Source: Eledone cirrhosa
Taxonomy: Eukaryota
DNA length: 64,000 nucleotides
Direction of reading: 5' to 3'
NCBI GenBank assembly: GCA_964016885.1
Contig: CAXHJY010000482.1
Location: forward strand, 1 to 64,000
The notes beneath the pieces are model-generated. The model did no database searches. It saw only the letters and a program-made list of their open reading frames with translations, and was not told the DNA's origin. Position 1 is the first letter of the stretch. The number at the start of each line of letters is the position of its first letter. A program made the position numbers and the translations under genes. Below are positions 61,535-64,000 of this stretch, in pieces.

Positions 61535-61891
61535 TTTTACGAAGCGCTGAGGGGACAAGGTTCTAATGTCAACAGACATCGTGTATACGTAACCAATATA
61601 TCGGACTTTTACGAAGTGCTGAGCGGACAAGGTTCTAATGTCAACAGACATCGTGTAGATGTAACCAATATATCGGACTTTTACGAAGCGCTGAGTGGAC
61701 AAGGTTCTGATGTCAACAGACATCGTGTATACGTAACCAATATATCGGACTTTTACGAAGTGCTGAGCGGACAAGGTTCTAATGTCAACAGACATCGTGT
61801 AGATGTAACCAATATATCGGACTTTTACGAAGTGCTGAGCGGAGAAGGTTCTGATGTCAACAGAAATCTATCGGACTTTTACGAAGTGCTG
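61535..61891. repeat. 72-bp complex minisatellite, 4 full units plus a 54-bp unit plus a stub
   Basis: ttttacgaag starts at 61535, 61607, 61679, 61751, 61823 and 61877; variants alternate gcg/gtg and tatac/tagat. Confidence 0.95.
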
Positions 61892-62079
61892 GGGGGGGGG
61901 GGGGATACAGTTAATTTAAAGAATGGTGTGCTCATGCGCGAAGATGGTGTGAATTATCTCACAAAATAGGAGCGCACTCTCATTGAGTGTATTTTAGTAT
62001 TGTGAGTTGTTATCTATGTAATTAATTAAGCTTTGGAGATGTTAAAAATACGCTTCGTTCTACACACACACATACAAAC

Positions 62080-62130
<51 letters not shown>

Positions 62131-62243
62131 CCTACACACATATAGGTATACATGCACACATGTGTCTTTGCTTTTGTGTTTTTAATATACATCCATGCAT
62201 GATTGCGTATATATACAACTGTACACTATAATTATATACATAA

Positions 62244-62309
<66 letters not shown>

Positions 62310-62495
62310 TTATATATATATATAGTTATGTAATAAACAACATAAGGCAATTATTTCATTTACCAGTGGTTTCTTAAAAACAAACAAATTTTGCTTTCAA
62401 TCATCAGAATGAAAAAATCCTGGTGTATTTATTGACATTGGATTTAAAAAAAATATATATATATATATATAGTTGGCATACCCCCCCCCCCCCCC

Positions 62496-62539
<44 letters not shown>

Positions 62540-62664
62540 ACACACACATATATATATAATTACATATATATGTATATATACTTATATGATATATATATAT
62601 ATATATATCTTCAATTTTATTATTATTACTTCTATATATATATAGTCTTCAATTTTATTATTAT

Positions 62665-62711
<47 letters not shown>

Positions 62712-62723
62712 ATATTATATATA

Positions 62724-62756
<33 letters not shown>

Positions 62757-62779
62757 GTCTTCAATTTTATTATTATTAC

Positions 62780-62847
<68 letters not shown>

Positions 62848-62851
<4 letters not shown>

Positions 62852-63048
62852 CAAGTAAGACCCCGACGGCTGAGCTCAAGCCGTTTCGACGGCTAATTCT
62901 GGACCGAATCGCGTCCAGAATTAGCCGTCGAAACGGCTTGAGCTCAGCCGTCGGGGTCTTACTTGTTCCTGTTACCCACTCTACTACCCTAAGTATTGAG
63001 TACTTTGGTGCGTTATGGTCTACCTGGTTCCTTACCACATTTCCTTCG

Positions 63049-63049
<1 letters not shown>
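62848..63049 (+). mobile_element. Fold-back element family C
   Basis: Perfect inverted arms 62849-62904 and 62913-62968; the tail carries ttgagtact at 62996; (TA)n on both sides. Confidence 0.88.
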
Positions 63050-63123
<74 letters not shown>

Positions 63124-63359
63124 TATTGACGTACATGTACGCTATGTACGACAATACTCATCTTTTTCCATTTATCTGAGGGTTCTAAACCCCATTATCA
63201 GGCTAAAAAATTCCTTTAGTCGAAAACACGGTGAAAGCTATTTTCTAATTTCAAACCTGCTCACTGTTTCAAAACATACTTACTTGCCATTTAAACTCGC
63301 TAAGAATGTAGCTTATAATTTGAATGGAAAGAGATGGGTGATGTGTTGGTGTAATGGCA

Positions 63360-63404
<45 letters not shown>

Positions 63405-63514
63405 AATTTAATATATATTTATATGTATACAAGTGTATATATTTATTCTATCTATACATCAATACATACGTACATCCTCTATACATATCTGTTTATGATT
63501 TTGTACGGTTTTTA

Positions 63515-63558
<44 letters not shown>

Positions 63559-63566
63559 TTACATGG

Positions 63567-63620
<54 letters not shown>

Positions 63621-64000
63621 ATGTAAATCTTACACACAAAACTCTCCATACCTATGTCATATACATTCACTTGCTTCGCATACACATGCGTGCTTTTCTG
63701 CGCCTGCGTGCTGGAATGCTAATTACACATTGATATAAGGATATGAAAGTGATAAGTCTTATAATTAAATCTATTTATCATATTTGCGTGTGATATCTTT
63801 TTGCTGATCTCTACAACCGCTTCTTAATCATACTCTATTCCACTCATCATCACATGATAGTAAAACTTATGAATATTCAATTTTGTTTACACAGACGTAT
63901 TCGTAAGATATTACTTCCGTCGTCCTCTTTGTTTTGTGTTTGTTGTTGTTTTTGCTGTTTCTTTTTGTCTTTATTGTGTGCTTTTTTTTTGATTATTTTA

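Noticed and set aside
61535-61891. CRISPR-like array
   Set aside because: There are no variable spacers, whole units repeat, and the context is eukaryotic with no cas genes.

Overview
Eukaryotic, repeat-saturated, apparently non-genic DNA. It is most likely from an octopus or another cephalopod, inferred from the tRNA-derived SINE types and the extreme microsatellite load. No host gene can be supported: almost all ORFs in the track are translations of (TA)n, (CA)n, (GTT)n, (GGT)n or (CAT)n repeats. Recognisable content is: (1) many tRNA-derived SINE copies; (2) 5'-truncated LINE relics sitting in microsatellites: RTE-type RT in (TA)n, Tx1/L1-like 3' ends in (TATC)n, and an R4/Dong-like RLE endonuclease in (CATA)n; (3) several families of short inverted-repeat inserts in (TA)n. 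Three of these families carry type-I hammerhead ribozyme motifs with a CUGANGA core, others carry variant or half cores, and one also carries a Penelope-type GIY-YIG remnant. The most unusual object is a 615-bp tandem array of about 9.1 apparently identical units (45179-50770). It has no ORF, is capped by a Penelope terminus, and has a diverged 591-bp-period relative at 12364-13114 that ends at the homologous position. Together these suggest a structured non-coding RNA, possibly circular and retrozyme-like, mobilised by Penelope machinery into TA microsatellites. All alignments and folds were done by eye, and coordinates are accurate to a few bases.
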